Shown piece by piece: positions 35,093 through 43,999 of a DNA stretch of 64,000 bases. The stretch lies in IMG/VR virus record IMGVR_UViG_2513237251_000009; one strand, 5' to 3'. The DNA is from a virus (taxonomy: Duplodnaviria > Heunggongvirae > Uroviricota > Caudoviricetes). Under the pieces are notes generated by a model, which ran no database searches, was not told the DNA's origin, and worked only from the letters and a program-made list of their open reading frames with translations. How positions within the stretch are numbered: the first letter of the stretch is position 1; the number at the start of each line of letters is the position of its first letter. The translations under genes and the position numbers were made by a program.

Positions 35093-35104
35093 CAGTAACC
35101 TCTT

Positions 35105-36187
35105 TTACCCGAGCACGCCGGTTGCAAAGGCGTGATCAAGAAAACGAAAAATTAAATCAACCTGGGAACCATGCTTTTCTTCGAACGCCAGCGGATCCGC
35201 ATGAAGCTCGTTGTGATGCTCCCGACACAGCGGTAGCGTGAAAATATCGTGGGATTTTGTTCCCATTCCGCCCTGACCATGACCAATCAGATGATGAGGA
35301 TCGTCCGCTGGCTTACCACAACACGCACACGGCTGTGTCTTTACCCAGCGTGTGTATTTCTCATTTACCCAGCGGCGACGTTTAGGTCGTTTCATGAAGG
35401 ATTCCGGAGACTCCGGATCAACGGCAATGCTGACCACCGTCTTTTCCTGTGGTGGGTTCTGTTGCTGGTGGGTGTGAGGCGGTAGCGCAATATTTTTTGT
35501 GCGCTGCTTCAGTATGCTGGTGGCGGTCTGTTCTCCCGGTATGATGTCGCTTTCACGGTATACGGAGCGGATTTTTTCCGCCGGTAATCCCAGAGAGCGA
35601 CGCGATACTGCCTCAGGTAATGCGTCCACCACCTGATTGCAGACTGCCCACCAGGATAATTCAGCCAGCGATAATTCCCGCTCCTGCGTGCCATTCATTA
35701 CATGGCGTATGACGTCAATCATCCAGGCTGTCAGATTTTGTTGAGTAAGTTGCTCAAGTGATTCGGAGGTCTGGTCGCGCAGCTGGTTGTCGCAGTGCCA
35801 GCACAACACCATTGCGCCAGCACCGTAACTGTGAATAACGGTTTCGCTGTGATGATAATCGCCGTGTGGCCACTGGCAGGATTTCACGTGACGTAATAAC
35901 CAGTCAGACAGTGCACCAGCGCCGCCAGCTGCACGAATCACCCGCTCATCGCTGAAAAATGGCAGCAGTGATTTATCTTCCGCCAGCGGCTGGCGAACAG
36001 CAGGAACCGCTCCAGATGGCAGCGCCCGCATGTTTTTCGGTTCCGGCTCCACCAGCACCCTGCCGCGATGAAAAACTGGCAATGATTCACGACCGGGCTT
36101 AAGGACCACCAGCCCGAGTTCCGGAACCAGAACAGGTCGAAGTAATACCCGCACATTACCTCCAGACGCGCTGACGGTAGCAGGCAT
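35105..36187 (-). CDS. DUF968-domain protein (YdfU-like)
   Basis: Cys/His-rich C-terminus CACCGKPADDPHHLIGHGQGG...CREHHNELH; neighbour of Q as ydfU in K-12 Qin; start uncertain. Confidence 0.55.
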   Translation of the reverse strand: MPATVSASGGNVRVLLRPVLVPELGLVVLKPGRESLPVFHRGRVLVEPEPKNMRALPSGAVPAVRQPLAEDKSLLPFFSDERVIRAAGGAGALSDWLLRHVKSCQWPHGDYHHSETVIHSYGAGAMVLCWHCDNQLRDQTSESLEQLTQQNLTAWMIDVIRHVMNGTQERELSLAELSWWAVCNQVVDALPEAVSRRSLGLPAEKIRSVYRESDIIPGEQTATSILKQRTKNIALPPHTHQQQNPPQEKTVVSIAVDPESPESFMKRPKRRRWVNEKYTRWVKTQPCACCGKPADDPHHLIGHGQGGMGTKSHDIFTLPLCREHHNELHADPLAFEEKHGSQVDLIFRFLDHAFATGVLG

Positions 36188-36428
36188 GTGTCCGTGGCAG
36201 ATGTGCACGAACAGGAAGATATACAGAAACGGTCCAGGTCAGACGATCAGCGTTCAGACTCCGCTCCACACGGACACCGCGACGCAGATACGCCTCTTGA
36301 AGCATATCTGCCTCATCGATCGTACAGAACAGATAGTGAAACCAGCCATACTGAGGCGCACGAAAACGCCTCCCCTGCTTAATTTCCGGGTCGGCTTCAG
36401 AATTGTGGGATTTTATGTGTTGTGTCAT
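36156..36428 (-). CDS. Hypothetical protein
   Basis: 90-aa ORF overlapping 5-prime end of YdfU-like gene in another frame; real extent uncertain. Confidence 0.3.
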   Translation of the reverse strand: MTQHIKSHNSEADPEIKQGRRFRAPQYGWFHYLFCTIDEADMLQEAYLRRGVRVERSLNADRLTWTVSVYLPVRAHLPRTHACYRQRVWR

Positions 36429-36549
36429 CGGATTCTCCGGTGACAGCAGGTGTCAGTTGTTCAGGCTGACTGCGCGAATTGTAAGGCAATACGCCGGAAT
36501 GTACAAACAGAAAACCCGTCAGTAAGACGGGCTTAACAAGCAGGGGCGG

Positions 36550-36894
36550 TTACTTTAATAATTTCAGTGCCTTTACATCAACTTCAACACTGCTCAGGTC
36601 TTTATCAATTTCACCCTCAATTCTTACTTTGTCTTTCGGAGAAACATTCTGCCCGGCCCATACGCTGTCATCAATATCCGTGACAATTGTCCCGCTATTG
36701 TCACGAAACTCATAACGTTCATCACCCACTTTTTTAACGATGCTCCCTTCAAGGATAACCCATGCATCATCCTTCAGTTCTTTTGCCTGCGCTACTGTTG
36801 AACGCTCTGCTTCTGGCCCCTGGAAACCACCCTGCTGTGCAAAAGCGCCAAAAGACACACCGGAAATAAGTGCTGCAATCAATACCTTTTTCAT
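36550..36894 (-). CDS. YgiW/YdeI-family periplasmic OB-fold (BOF) protein
   Basis: 114 aa, signal peptide, ...YEFRDNSGTI... OB-fold family pattern. Confidence 0.65.
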   Translation of the reverse strand: MKKVLIAALISGVSFGAFAQQGGFQGPEAERSTVAQAKELKDDAWVILEGSIVKKVGDERYEFRDNSGTIVTDIDDSVWAGQNVSPKDKVRIEGEIDKDLSSVEVDVKALKLLK

Positions 36895-37013
36895 TCATAG
36901 TCCTCTTTCAGAGATGAACATTCAAACAGCATTTTCAGTATGGTAAAGCGCGGGTGCGTTGAGGATGCCTGACACATCAGAGGTGGCGGGAGATTACTCC
37001 CCCGCCTGGTCTC

Positions 37014-37169
37014 TTACTTCTCAGATTCGTAGTCTACGAAGACAGCGACCTCCGTCTGACCGGTTCGGATTCGCACCTCGCAGAGGTCTTTCCTCGTTAC
37101 CAGTGCCGTCACTATGACGGTTAAACAGATGACGATCAGGGCGATTAACATCGCCTTTTGCTGCTTCAT
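37014..37169 (-). CDS. hokD: Hok/Gef-family type I toxin (HokD/RelF-like)
   Basis: 51 aa MKQQKAMLIALIVICLTVIVTALVTRKDLCEVRIRTGQTEVAVF... nearly identical to K-12 HokD as recalled. Confidence 0.85.
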   Translation of the reverse strand: MKQQKAMLIALIVICLTVIVTALVTRKDLCEVRIRTGQTEVAVFVDYESEK

Positions 37170-37459
37170 AGCCTGCTTCTCCTTGCCTTTCGGCACGTAA
37201 GAGGCTAACCTACATGTGTTCAGCATGGATTGAGCCTCAGATTAATGTTAAGCGTCTTGCAGGACGCGTAATGTTAACTGGGGCTTTTCTCTATCTGCCG
37301 TTGGTGTTCATGCCCGAGGCAGATAGCCTCAAGCACCCGCAGCAATTCTACTTAACTATCCTTTTCCCGCAAACCGTTTTTATCCCCAGCGGCAAATCGA
37401 ATACACCACCAGCGCCACCGCCATCGCAATTCCTACCGTTGTGAATGCTTCAGGCCAGG

Positions 37460-38017
37460 TCATTGATTCACCTCCTGCGGCGGTTCTGGTAGCGACATCC
37501 AGTGGGTTGCTTGCCTAAGATCATTACCCGGACTAACTGCTATACCTCCGCGCCGGAACGTGCCTCCGAGATAGCGTGCGGAATATATTAATGGCCCAGC
37601 CTCGCTATCGATATTCATCGAAATAAGCACGTTCTGGCTCTTTTCAGGCATTCGCTCAGTACAGCTTATCCAGCCATCCAGAGTTATCGGAGATCTGGTT
37701 GACGTTTCCGAGATTTCCCGAAAATTGTTGGTTGACGAATTCTTATTTTCCCGAAAGTTTCCGGCCTGAAGCATGGCGACGCGGCAGGCGTTCCAGCCAT
37801 CAGCATATGTTTTAGTTACACCGTCGAGATGGCAGGTAAGCAAATCCATTTCATCAGGCACTACCATTGCTATCGGCTCTGCTTCCAGTGATGCCAGCGC
37901 GATACGAAACACATTAGCCAGCAGGCTGTCTGAAGACTTGTTATCGTGCGCCGAGTCGCTCAGGAAGCCTGTGATGTATGATTTAATCTCCGCGCGTTCT
38001 CTGGTAATAGTGCTCAT
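37460..38017 (-). CDS. DUF551-like phage protein
   Basis: 185 aa; C-terminal ...THWMSLPEPP motif of DUF551 family (recalled). Confidence 0.5.
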   Translation of the reverse strand: MSTITRERAEIKSYITGFLSDSAHDNKSSDSLLANVFRIALASLEAEPIAMVVPDEMDLLTCHLDGVTKTYADGWNACRVAMLQAGNFRENKNSSTNNFREISETSTRSPITLDGWISCTERMPEKSQNVLISMNIDSEAGPLIYSARYLGGTFRRGGIAVSPGNDLRQATHWMSLPEPPQEVNQ

Positions 38018-38018
38018 A

Positions 38019-38237
38019 TCAGTTTTCCTTATACGGATTAATTTTATTGTGCAGTGCGCTGAATGATTCCCATGTCACATCGGTATATAGCTCAATAACT
38101 GGTTCAAATGTCCTTCCAATTATCCAGACCAGTAATAGCGGGGATATCGGTATCATCAACACTATAAACAGAATGAAAAACAGAAACTCTGTTGTTCTGC
38201 TCTTTCGTGGGTAATTTTTTTCTAAATAATGTTTCAT
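38019..38237 (-). CDS. Hypothetical small membrane protein
   Basis: 72 aa with hydrophobic core FLFFILFIVLMIPISPLLLVWIIG. Confidence 0.4.
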   Translation of the reverse strand: MKHYLEKNYPRKSRTTEFLFFILFIVLMIPISPLLLVWIIGRTFEPVIELYTDVTWESFSALHNKINPYKEN

Positions 38238-38364
38238 TTCTTACCGCCCTTTCGGGCGGCCTCCTGATGTTCTGAGGGTGCAGGAATCCCTCCGGTTAAG
38301 GATTTAATAAAAATCGTTTCTGATTTAAATCTTCAGTATTTAGTTGTTAGTTGGTTTATCGCCT

Positions 38365-38676
38365 TTATGCTTCAGCCTTATTTCGCAACCAGACACAAAC
38401 CGGGCCATCTTCCGTATCATGAATGGAACCAATAAACCAGCCATCGCCCTCTGGTCGTTCCGGTTCCCATGCAGAAATATCAGCATCACACGCATCAAGG
38501 TCAGCACATCCTTCATCTCTGAAGCAGAGGACGTATTGAAGATTATTTTCCTCCATCCAGGCGTTAAACTCTTCCGTTGAAATATATTCCCGACCATCAC
38601 AGAATTTTTCATATTCAGGATGTGTCCAGTAGCCATATCCGTCACGAACTACCGGCATTTCTTTAATTTCACTCAC
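38365..38676 (-). CDS. Hypothetical highly acidic protein
   Basis: 103 aa, about 25 Asp/Glu versus 8 Lys/Arg; no recognised domain. Confidence 0.45.
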   Translation of the reverse strand: MSEIKEMPVVRDGYGYWTHPEYEKFCDGREYISTEEFNAWMEENNLQYVLCFRDEGCADLDACDADISAWEPERPEGDGWFIGSIHDTEDGPVCVWLRNKAEA

Positions 38677-38896
38677 TGTTAACCTCCTGCAACGCTACAC
38701 GATACGCCTTCTTTATCCACGCCTTACTGCCATATAATTTCGTCTTCATAATAAACACACCTGCACGACTCGCCGATATCCCCGGACAGGTTAACAGCAC
38801 AGCATCCACCACACGGTTATGCTTCCGAAACTCCATTACAGTACTGCTGATAACCACCTGCCCCACCGGGCCGTAATCCTGATACAGGATTTTCAC
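38669..38896 (-). CDS. Hypothetical protein
   Basis: 75-aa ORF in nin-region operon. Confidence 0.35.
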   Translation of the reverse strand: MKILYQDYGPVGQVVISSTVMEFRKHNRVVDAVLLTCPGISASRAGVFIMKTKLYGSKAWIKKAYRVALQEVNSE

Positions 38897-39174
38897 GCAG
38901 ACACCCTCCTGTCGAAATAAACGTAGTTATTCACTATGCGCAGCGGCATGCCTAATTTTCTGGCAATTTCCCTTCTTTGCATGCCTCTCTGATGCAGTTG
39001 CCGCGCCAGCTCAATATCACGCTGAGAATATTTTGCCGACGGGTGAAAATCACCACGTAACATCATGCTGATGCCCAGCTCCCGTGCCTTCGTTCTCACT
39101 GCCGCTTCAGTTCGTCCGATAAGTGCGCCAACGCTTTTTACCTTCATCGTTCCCGCACACTGCCGGAGTATCAT
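38893..39174 (-). CDS. Hypothetical HTH-like protein
   Basis: About 93 aa from internal ATG 39174; ...RREIARKLGMPLRIVNNYV... HTH-like. Confidence 0.35.
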   Translation of the reverse strand: MILRQCAGTMKVKSVGALIGRTEAAVRTKARELGISMMLRGDFHPSAKYSQRDIELARQLHQRGMQRREIARKLGMPLRIVNNYVYFDRRVSA

Positions 39175-39206
39175 GATTTCCGCCCGGCACCACGTCTTCC
39201 ACCCAC

Positions 39207-39941
39207 TCACCGCTGCTGTTCTCTGGTGGCGGTAATATCCCGGAGAATATCCCGGCACTTGTTCAGCTCCCGCAGCGCGGCGCAGACTCGCTCCCACTTC
39301 TGAACCTGACCTTTTGCCCGGCGCAGCTCGCGGTTAGCCACATGCAGCGATGGTAAAATCAGACCATCCGGATGCTTTCTGGTGAACGACGGCTGTGACT
39401 GCACTGTGACCGCCACACTTTCCGTTTTTATTTCTTCCTGTGTTTCCGCTTCCCCGACTGGTAACGCAACACCTGCTGGCTGAGGAAAGGCTTTACCATC
39501 CGTTTCCGTTATGGATGCGGCTTTCGGCTCTGCCGGTAAATCAGCGCCCGGTATGCAGTACCGAAATTTACCGCCCTGATTCACGCGAATCAGACGCCCT
39601 TTGCTGATTGCCATGGCCAGTGATGAATTCGCCCGGCGGGAGGTAATCCCGAACATCAGTGCCAGCTCATCCGCCGTTTGTGGGCCATGATGTTCAATCG
39701 CCTCAGTCAGCATTTGCGCTGTCACTTTCGGTACCGGTGACACTGGTTCACTTTCACCAGTCTGAGTCAGCCACCACATCGACCCCTTGTTATCCGCTTC
39801 ACCACGGCGCTTCAGTTTCCACAGTTCGTTGACAGCATCTTCGCGGCTGATTCCAAGGCGCGATGCCACTACCTGTGAAGAGGCTTTTTTCAGTGCTTTC
39901 AGTGCGTCAAATACGGTTTCCATTAATATTTCCTCCGACAA
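39207..39941 (-). CDS. Hypothetical nin-region protein with N-terminal winged-helix-like segment
   Basis: 244-aa ORF directly downstream of P. Confidence 0.45.
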   Translation of the reverse strand: MSEEILMETVFDALKALKKASSQVVASRLGISREDAVNELWKLKRRGEADNKGSMWWLTQTGESEPVSPVPKVTAQMLTEAIEHHGPQTADELALMFGITSRRANSSLAMAISKGRLIRVNQGGKFRYCIPGADLPAEPKAASITETDGKAFPQPAGVALPVGEAETQEEIKTESVAVTVQSQPSFTRKHPDGLILPSLHVANRELRRAKGQVQKWERVCAALRELNKCRDILRDITATREQQR

Positions 39942-39956
39942 AATCGTTTCTCAGAT

Positions 39957-40619
39957 TCAAATAAAACCAGCTGCCTTCCGGCGTTCGTATTCCTGTTTCA
40001 GCCGTTCAATTGGCGTTGGCCCTTGCGGGTGTTTCGCCCCTTCCAGTTGTCGTCGCACTGGCGGAACACTCATCCCGTTACCAACATGCTTTGCCCATTT
40101 CGTCAGTTGCCGTTCCGCAAGTCGTTTTAACTCACCTTGCGTCATCTGGCGCTCAATCCCTCTGGTACGCATTTCGAGGCAGATGTGGTACAGCACAGGC
40201 TGTGGCCACGGGTATTTATCACTCCCGTCGTATCGCCAGGATTCATTGCGCCAGCGCCGGTACTCTTCCATCACGGCATCCACCGTAAGACCAAATGGAT
40301 TTGCCCCACTCTCCGAAATCAGCGCAACAAACTCAGCCAGGTCCGGGGGCCACGTTTCACCCGCCCGGCAGCGGTCCATGCACTGACGGCACACCAGACG
40401 GATTTGCTGTTCAGTCATCGCACCAATCTGGGCAATCCAGAGCTTCGAAGGTGCGGCCCCGTTCTTCTGAGTCCAGCGGTTCGAATACACCTCCCCCATG
40501 AGCTCCCACAGCTTCCAGGCCGTTTCCGTTGCTGATAAATCCGTTGTCACGTTCCCACTGTTCGCGTGCAGCCCGGATTTCCTGAACTGCCCGTGATGCC
40601 GTGCCACCTGATGCTGCAT
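39957..40619 (-). CDS. P: Replication protein P-like (helicase loader)
   Basis: Resembles lambda gpP central/C-terminal regions (YPW motif); start uncertain (40418..40619) because the ORF overlaps O. Confidence 0.6.
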   Translation of the reverse strand: MQHQVARHHGQFRKSGLHANSGNVTTDLSATETAWKLWELMGEVYSNRWTQKNGAAPSKLWIAQIGAMTEQQIRLVCRQCMDRCRAGETWPPDLAEFVALISESGANPFGLTVDAVMEEYRRWRNESWRYDGSDKYPWPQPVLYHICLEMRTRGIERQMTQGELKRLAERQLTKWAKHVGNGMSVPPVRRQLEGAKHPQGPTPIERLKQEYERRKAAGFI

Positions 40620-41460
40620 GGCTTCCCCCCTTGCTGACTGGTTTTACCTGTGCCCTGACGTGCTGCACGTGGCGGGCAAATTTCTGCTCCCACTGAACCT
40701 GCGTGAAAACCTTCCCCTCCGCCATCCAGTAATCCCGGAATGCGGCAAGCTCAGCAGGTGTAAATTCCGGCTCAGGCAGAGCCATACCCCACACTGCTGC
40801 CCGTTGTCGAAAATCCGGCGACGGCTGCCAGACAGTAGTCATCGAAAATTTCCCGATCGGTTCGCTCAGGCCGTCCAGGTATTCAGGTTCGGCTGTCTGC
40901 AACGGCGCACCATTCGACTCACTGGTCGGAATACTCTCGCGCGCGTTATGTGTGGGGTTTAATTCTGTATCTGTATCTTTATCTGTATCTTTATCTGTCG
41001 TGACTTGTCGTGACAGATGCGTGACACGTCGTGACTCATCGTGACAATCAGCATTATGTTTCCGCAGCTTTTCCCGCTCCCGCTGCGCTCTCTTGCGCTC
41101 TGCCGGGGATTTTGCCGTTTGCGAAACGTTACCATTGTCCTCTTTCAGCACCTGACGTTTTTCCCATCCGGAAATAAGGTCACCATCCAGAACCCGCCCC
41201 TGCATTGCATGCAAAATTGAATCAATTACGTCTTCCGTCACATCAAGCGCACTTGCTAAATCTTCCGTCGTGACATCAATGTGACCACGTAGTGACACGC
41301 CGTGACATGTCGTGACATTTCGTGACGCGCTCACCAGAAGATGGATATACACTGCCATCACTGTTGCGATTGGCTGTCCTGATACCCTGGCAATCGTTCG
41401 CCACTTGGGGTCATTTGGCATGTCATGCCACAATCTGAGCCAGGCATTAGCCATACTCAC
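40411..41460 (-). CDS. O: Replication initiator O-like, with ori iterons inside the coding sequence
   Basis: 349-aa ORF upstream of P; internal TDKDTDKDTD repeat encoded by iteron/AT-rich DNA; C-terminal 70 aa overlap P and may be artefactual. Confidence 0.5.
   Translation of the reverse strand: MSMANAWLRLWHDMPNDPKWRTIARVSGQPIATVMAVYIHLLVSASRNVTTCHGVSLRGHIDVTTEDLASALDVTEDVIDSILHAMQGRVLDGDLISGWEKRQVLKEDNGNVSQTAKSPAERKRAQREREKLRKHNADCHDESRRVTHLSRQVTTDKDTDKDTDTELNPTHNARESIPTSESNGAPLQTAEPEYLDGLSEPIGKFSMTTVWQPSPDFRQRAAVWGMALPEPEFTPAELAAFRDYWMAEGKVFTQVQWEQKFARHVQHVRAQVKPVSKGGSHAASGGTASRAVQEIRAAREQWERDNGFISNGNGLEAVGAHGGGVFEPLDSEERGRTFEALDCPDWCDD
40965..41048. promoter_or_regulatory. Putative origin of replication: AT-rich repeats plus five CGTGAC iterons (second cluster 41268..41327)
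   Basis: tatctgtatctttatctgtatctttatctg followed by tcgtgac repeated at about 9-10 bp spacing; six further GTGAC repeats at 41268..41327. Confidence 0.5.
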
Positions 41461-41522
41461 CTCTTCTGATACCGAACTTTACCCTCGAACATCCGGAAGA
41501 AATCCGGCATGAATATTGTTGG

Positions 41523-41948
41523 TCAATGCACGACAACAGCATTACCAGGCTGACCCCCACTGTTAGTCAGGGTGCCCCAGGCGATCGCCGCTGCGACAAA
41601 ATCATCCACATCTTTCACCAGCCGATCCCTCCGTTCGACGATCTCACGGTAATATTCAGAGCTGTGACTGCGCATACGGGCCACCAGCAGAGGCGGCATT
41701 GCCTTTTCGATCGCCGGTAACAGAGCCTGCATTTTTTCAACTGCATCAGGGGTGTCTTTCTCTATCCAGCGGAAAATTTTCTGGGTATTGCGAGCCAGGG
41801 CTTCCGGATGGCTGTCGTCGTACAGTTCAGGAAACGTCATACCCAACTCAAAATAAGCCTGGGTTATTCCAGCTGCCGGAACTTTTTCGCCATCAGGACG
41901 CGCCCAGGCATTCATCGCCATGCGGATGTGTTCATGCTTGATTTTCAT
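41523..41948 (-). CDS. YdaT-like protein (CII-position regulator)
   Basis: 141 aa from ATG 41948 (MKIKHEHI...), SD aagggggg; position between cro and O. Confidence 0.5.
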   Translation of the reverse strand: MKIKHEHIRMAMNAWARPDGEKVPAAGITQAYFELGMTFPELYDDSHPEALARNTQKIFRWIEKDTPDAVEKMQALLPAIEKAMPPLLVARMRSHSSEYYREIVERRDRLVKDVDDFVAAAIAWGTLTNSGGQPGNAVVVH

Positions 41949-42174
41949 GAATCCCCCCTTGGTTAGAAGGCGGATTATGATCAGAATCGGGAATGACAAC
42001 CGTCGGTATGTGTAACTCATATTTGAGCGCCCCGGCAGTGACTGCCTGAATTAGCAACGCCCATTTCCACGGAACGTCTTCCCCCCACATGCTGACTGTG
42101 GTTTTTGACGTTCCTAGAGCGGCGGCTGTTTTAACAACTCCGCCAAAATAGCCTAATACTTCTGATTTTTTCAT
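41932..42174 (-). CDS. cro: Cro-like HTH repressor (YdaS-like)
   Basis: 80 aa from ATG 42174 (SD ggag); HTH; divergent from cI. Confidence 0.6.
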   Translation of the reverse strand: MKKSEVLGYFGGVVKTAAALGTSKTTVSMWGEDVPWKWALLIQAVTAGALKYELHIPTVVIPDSDHNPPSNQGGIHENQA

Positions 42175-42265
42175 GAGTCGCTCCATAAAACTGAACGCCA
42201 AAAGTTTAATAATCAAAACCAAAGAAAGTCAAGAAACAAAACCATCTGTGTTTTAAAATCAAAAC

Positions 42266-42904
42266 ATGAACAAGCAAACAATATCTGAACGCATAACCCA
42301 ACGTATGCATGCGCTAAACTTGAAAGGCAAAGACCTTGTCAATGCCACTGGCGCATCAAAAGGCTCCGTAAGTCAATGGATGAACGGTGGAGGAGCGCCG
42401 TCCTCGCGTTACATAAGTTCACTGGCAAAGATATTGAAAGTAAACGAAAATTGGCTTCTTAATGGAGGAGAGTTAAATACAGGTGATTCGCTTGATCTAT
42501 CTTTACCGCCGATAAAAACGGTTCCGCTACTATCACTTCAGCAGGCAGCAAGCTGGAGTGATTATATGAAAAATTCCTCAATAACCTCTTGTGTGCAGCT
42601 TGTCGGAGAAATCCCGGCCAATACCTTTGCTGTTGTTCTAGAGAGTGACAGTATGTCGACATCTGGTGGTGGAGTTTCCATCCCAAATGGTTCAACAGTT
42701 TTTGTTGATCCCGATCGAATCGTACAACCAGGAAATATTGTCCTTGCCTTACCCAAAGGGACCACAACGCCTGTCATTCGCAAACTGGAGATAGAAGGGC
42801 CGGATATTCTTTTAGTCCCCACGAATCCTCGCTACCCTTCAATTATGCTGGATGATCTATCTTGCATATTGGGAGTATGCTTTAAAATTCAACAAGATAT
42901 TTAA
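42266..42904 (+). CDS. cI: CI-type prophage repressor (HTH plus S24 LexA-like peptidase domain)
   Basis: 212 aa; N-terminal HTH, C-terminal Ser (ESDSM) and Lys (LPKG) of S24 autoprotease fold. Confidence 0.8.
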   Translation: MNKQTISERITQRMHALNLKGKDLVNATGASKGSVSQWMNGGGAPSSRYISSLAKILKVNENWLLNGGELNTGDSLDLSLPPIKTVPLLSLQQAASWSDYMKNSSITSCVQLVGEIPANTFAVVLESDSMSTSGGGVSIPNGSTVFVDPDRIVQPGNIVLALPKGTTTPVIRKLEIEGPDILLVPTNPRYPSIMLDDLSCILGVCFKIQQDI

Positions 42905-43196
42905 CCAACCTCATCTATTTGATTAACTGTATGCCATCGTAGTGATGGCGTAACAGCTGCCTGCTTAAAATGTTTTGATAAAAAAACATTGACCTTAAAT
43001 GTTCGTTTTTCTAAACTTCATTCATTCCCTCACCCCGCCCCACAGAATGCAGGGCAATACTTCGAGTTACCAGGCAGTGGTCAGGGGTTAAGTAGCCAGC
43101 CCGAGGCGTAAGAACATGACGGCAGGGTTCAACTTTAATAACTATGCAGCAGGTTTTTGTTCCGCTACCCCGGCGTTAAGGGGAAATGAGGTCAAC

Positions 43197-43349
43197 ATGG
43201 ATACGCTCAATCTTGGCAACAACGAATCTCTGGTATGTGGCGTGTTCCCCAACCAGGACGGTACGTTCACCGCGATGACGTATACCAAAAGCAAAACGTT
43301 TAAAACTGAAGCTGGCGCGCGTCGCTGGTTAGCCAGAAACACTGACTGA
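43197..43349 (+). CDS. Hypothetical 50-aa protein (possibly YdfA-like)
   Basis: ATG 43197 with SD gagg; MDTLNLGNNESLV...; first gene of cI-adjacent cassette. Confidence 0.4.
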   Translation: MDTLNLGNNESLVCGVFPNQDGTFTAMTYTKSKTFKTEAGARRWLARNTD

Positions 43350-43360
43350 TGAGGTTGACG

Positions 43361-43999
43361 ATGGAATTTAAAGATTTACCTCCTTCAATCCAGGAGATTG
43401 CAGCACACACACTTCGTCATCGTCTGAACGAACTTGAATTGGAATCGGTAACGAAAAAAGACACTGATAATATGGCTCGTAATGTGCGCGATGCGTTTAC
43501 CGGATTGTATTTCTGTGCGTCTATAAATAAACACGACTCAGAGAGTGTGGCAAATAAAATTGCAGAAACGACAGCGCAAAACATCAATACGAAACCAACG
43601 GAAGAAGAAATTGATCAGTTTGCTCATGATGCTGGTTTAAAAAACAAGAAAGAAAAATCGCCATATGCGGGGAACATGTTTGTTTATGACAATCTCATCA
43701 GAATTCGTGGCGAAATTCCGGCGGAATACCTGGCAAGAGTCCATCAGGCATTGCTTAAAAATTTGGAAACAGAATTATTTGATGGCAACACTAACGGTTT
43801 CTTCATGGTATCAGGCCTTGAGAAAGACTGGGATGCAGAAAAACGCTGGAATGTTGCTACATGGTTATTCAGTAACAGAGCCGCTGCACTGGAAGCTTCG
43901 GCATGTATTTGCGGCCTGTTCTTAACAGACCACAAATATAATCTGGATGTGTACAGTTATATTTACGCTGAACACGGTCCACTCTGGATTGACTGGTAA
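43361..43999 (+). CDS. Hypothetical 212-aa protein in the cI-adjacent lysogen-expressed slot
   Basis: ATG 43361 with SD gagg 6 nt upstream; no recognisable motif by eye. Confidence 0.5.
   Translation: MEFKDLPPSIQEIAAHTLRHRLNELELESVTKKDTDNMARNVRDAFTGLYFCASINKHDSESVANKIAETTAQNINTKPTEEEIDQFAHDAGLKNKKEKSPYAGNMFVYDNLIRIRGEIPAEYLARVHQALLKNLETELFDGNTNGFFMVSGLEKDWDAEKRWNVATWLFSNRAAALEASACICGLFLTDHKYNLDVYSYIYAEHGPLWIDW

Noticed and set aside
40965-41327. Possible CRISPR array suggested by short regular repeats
   Set aside because: Repeats are 6-7-bp iterons inside a replication gene, not 25-40-bp repeats with unique spacers; no cas genes.
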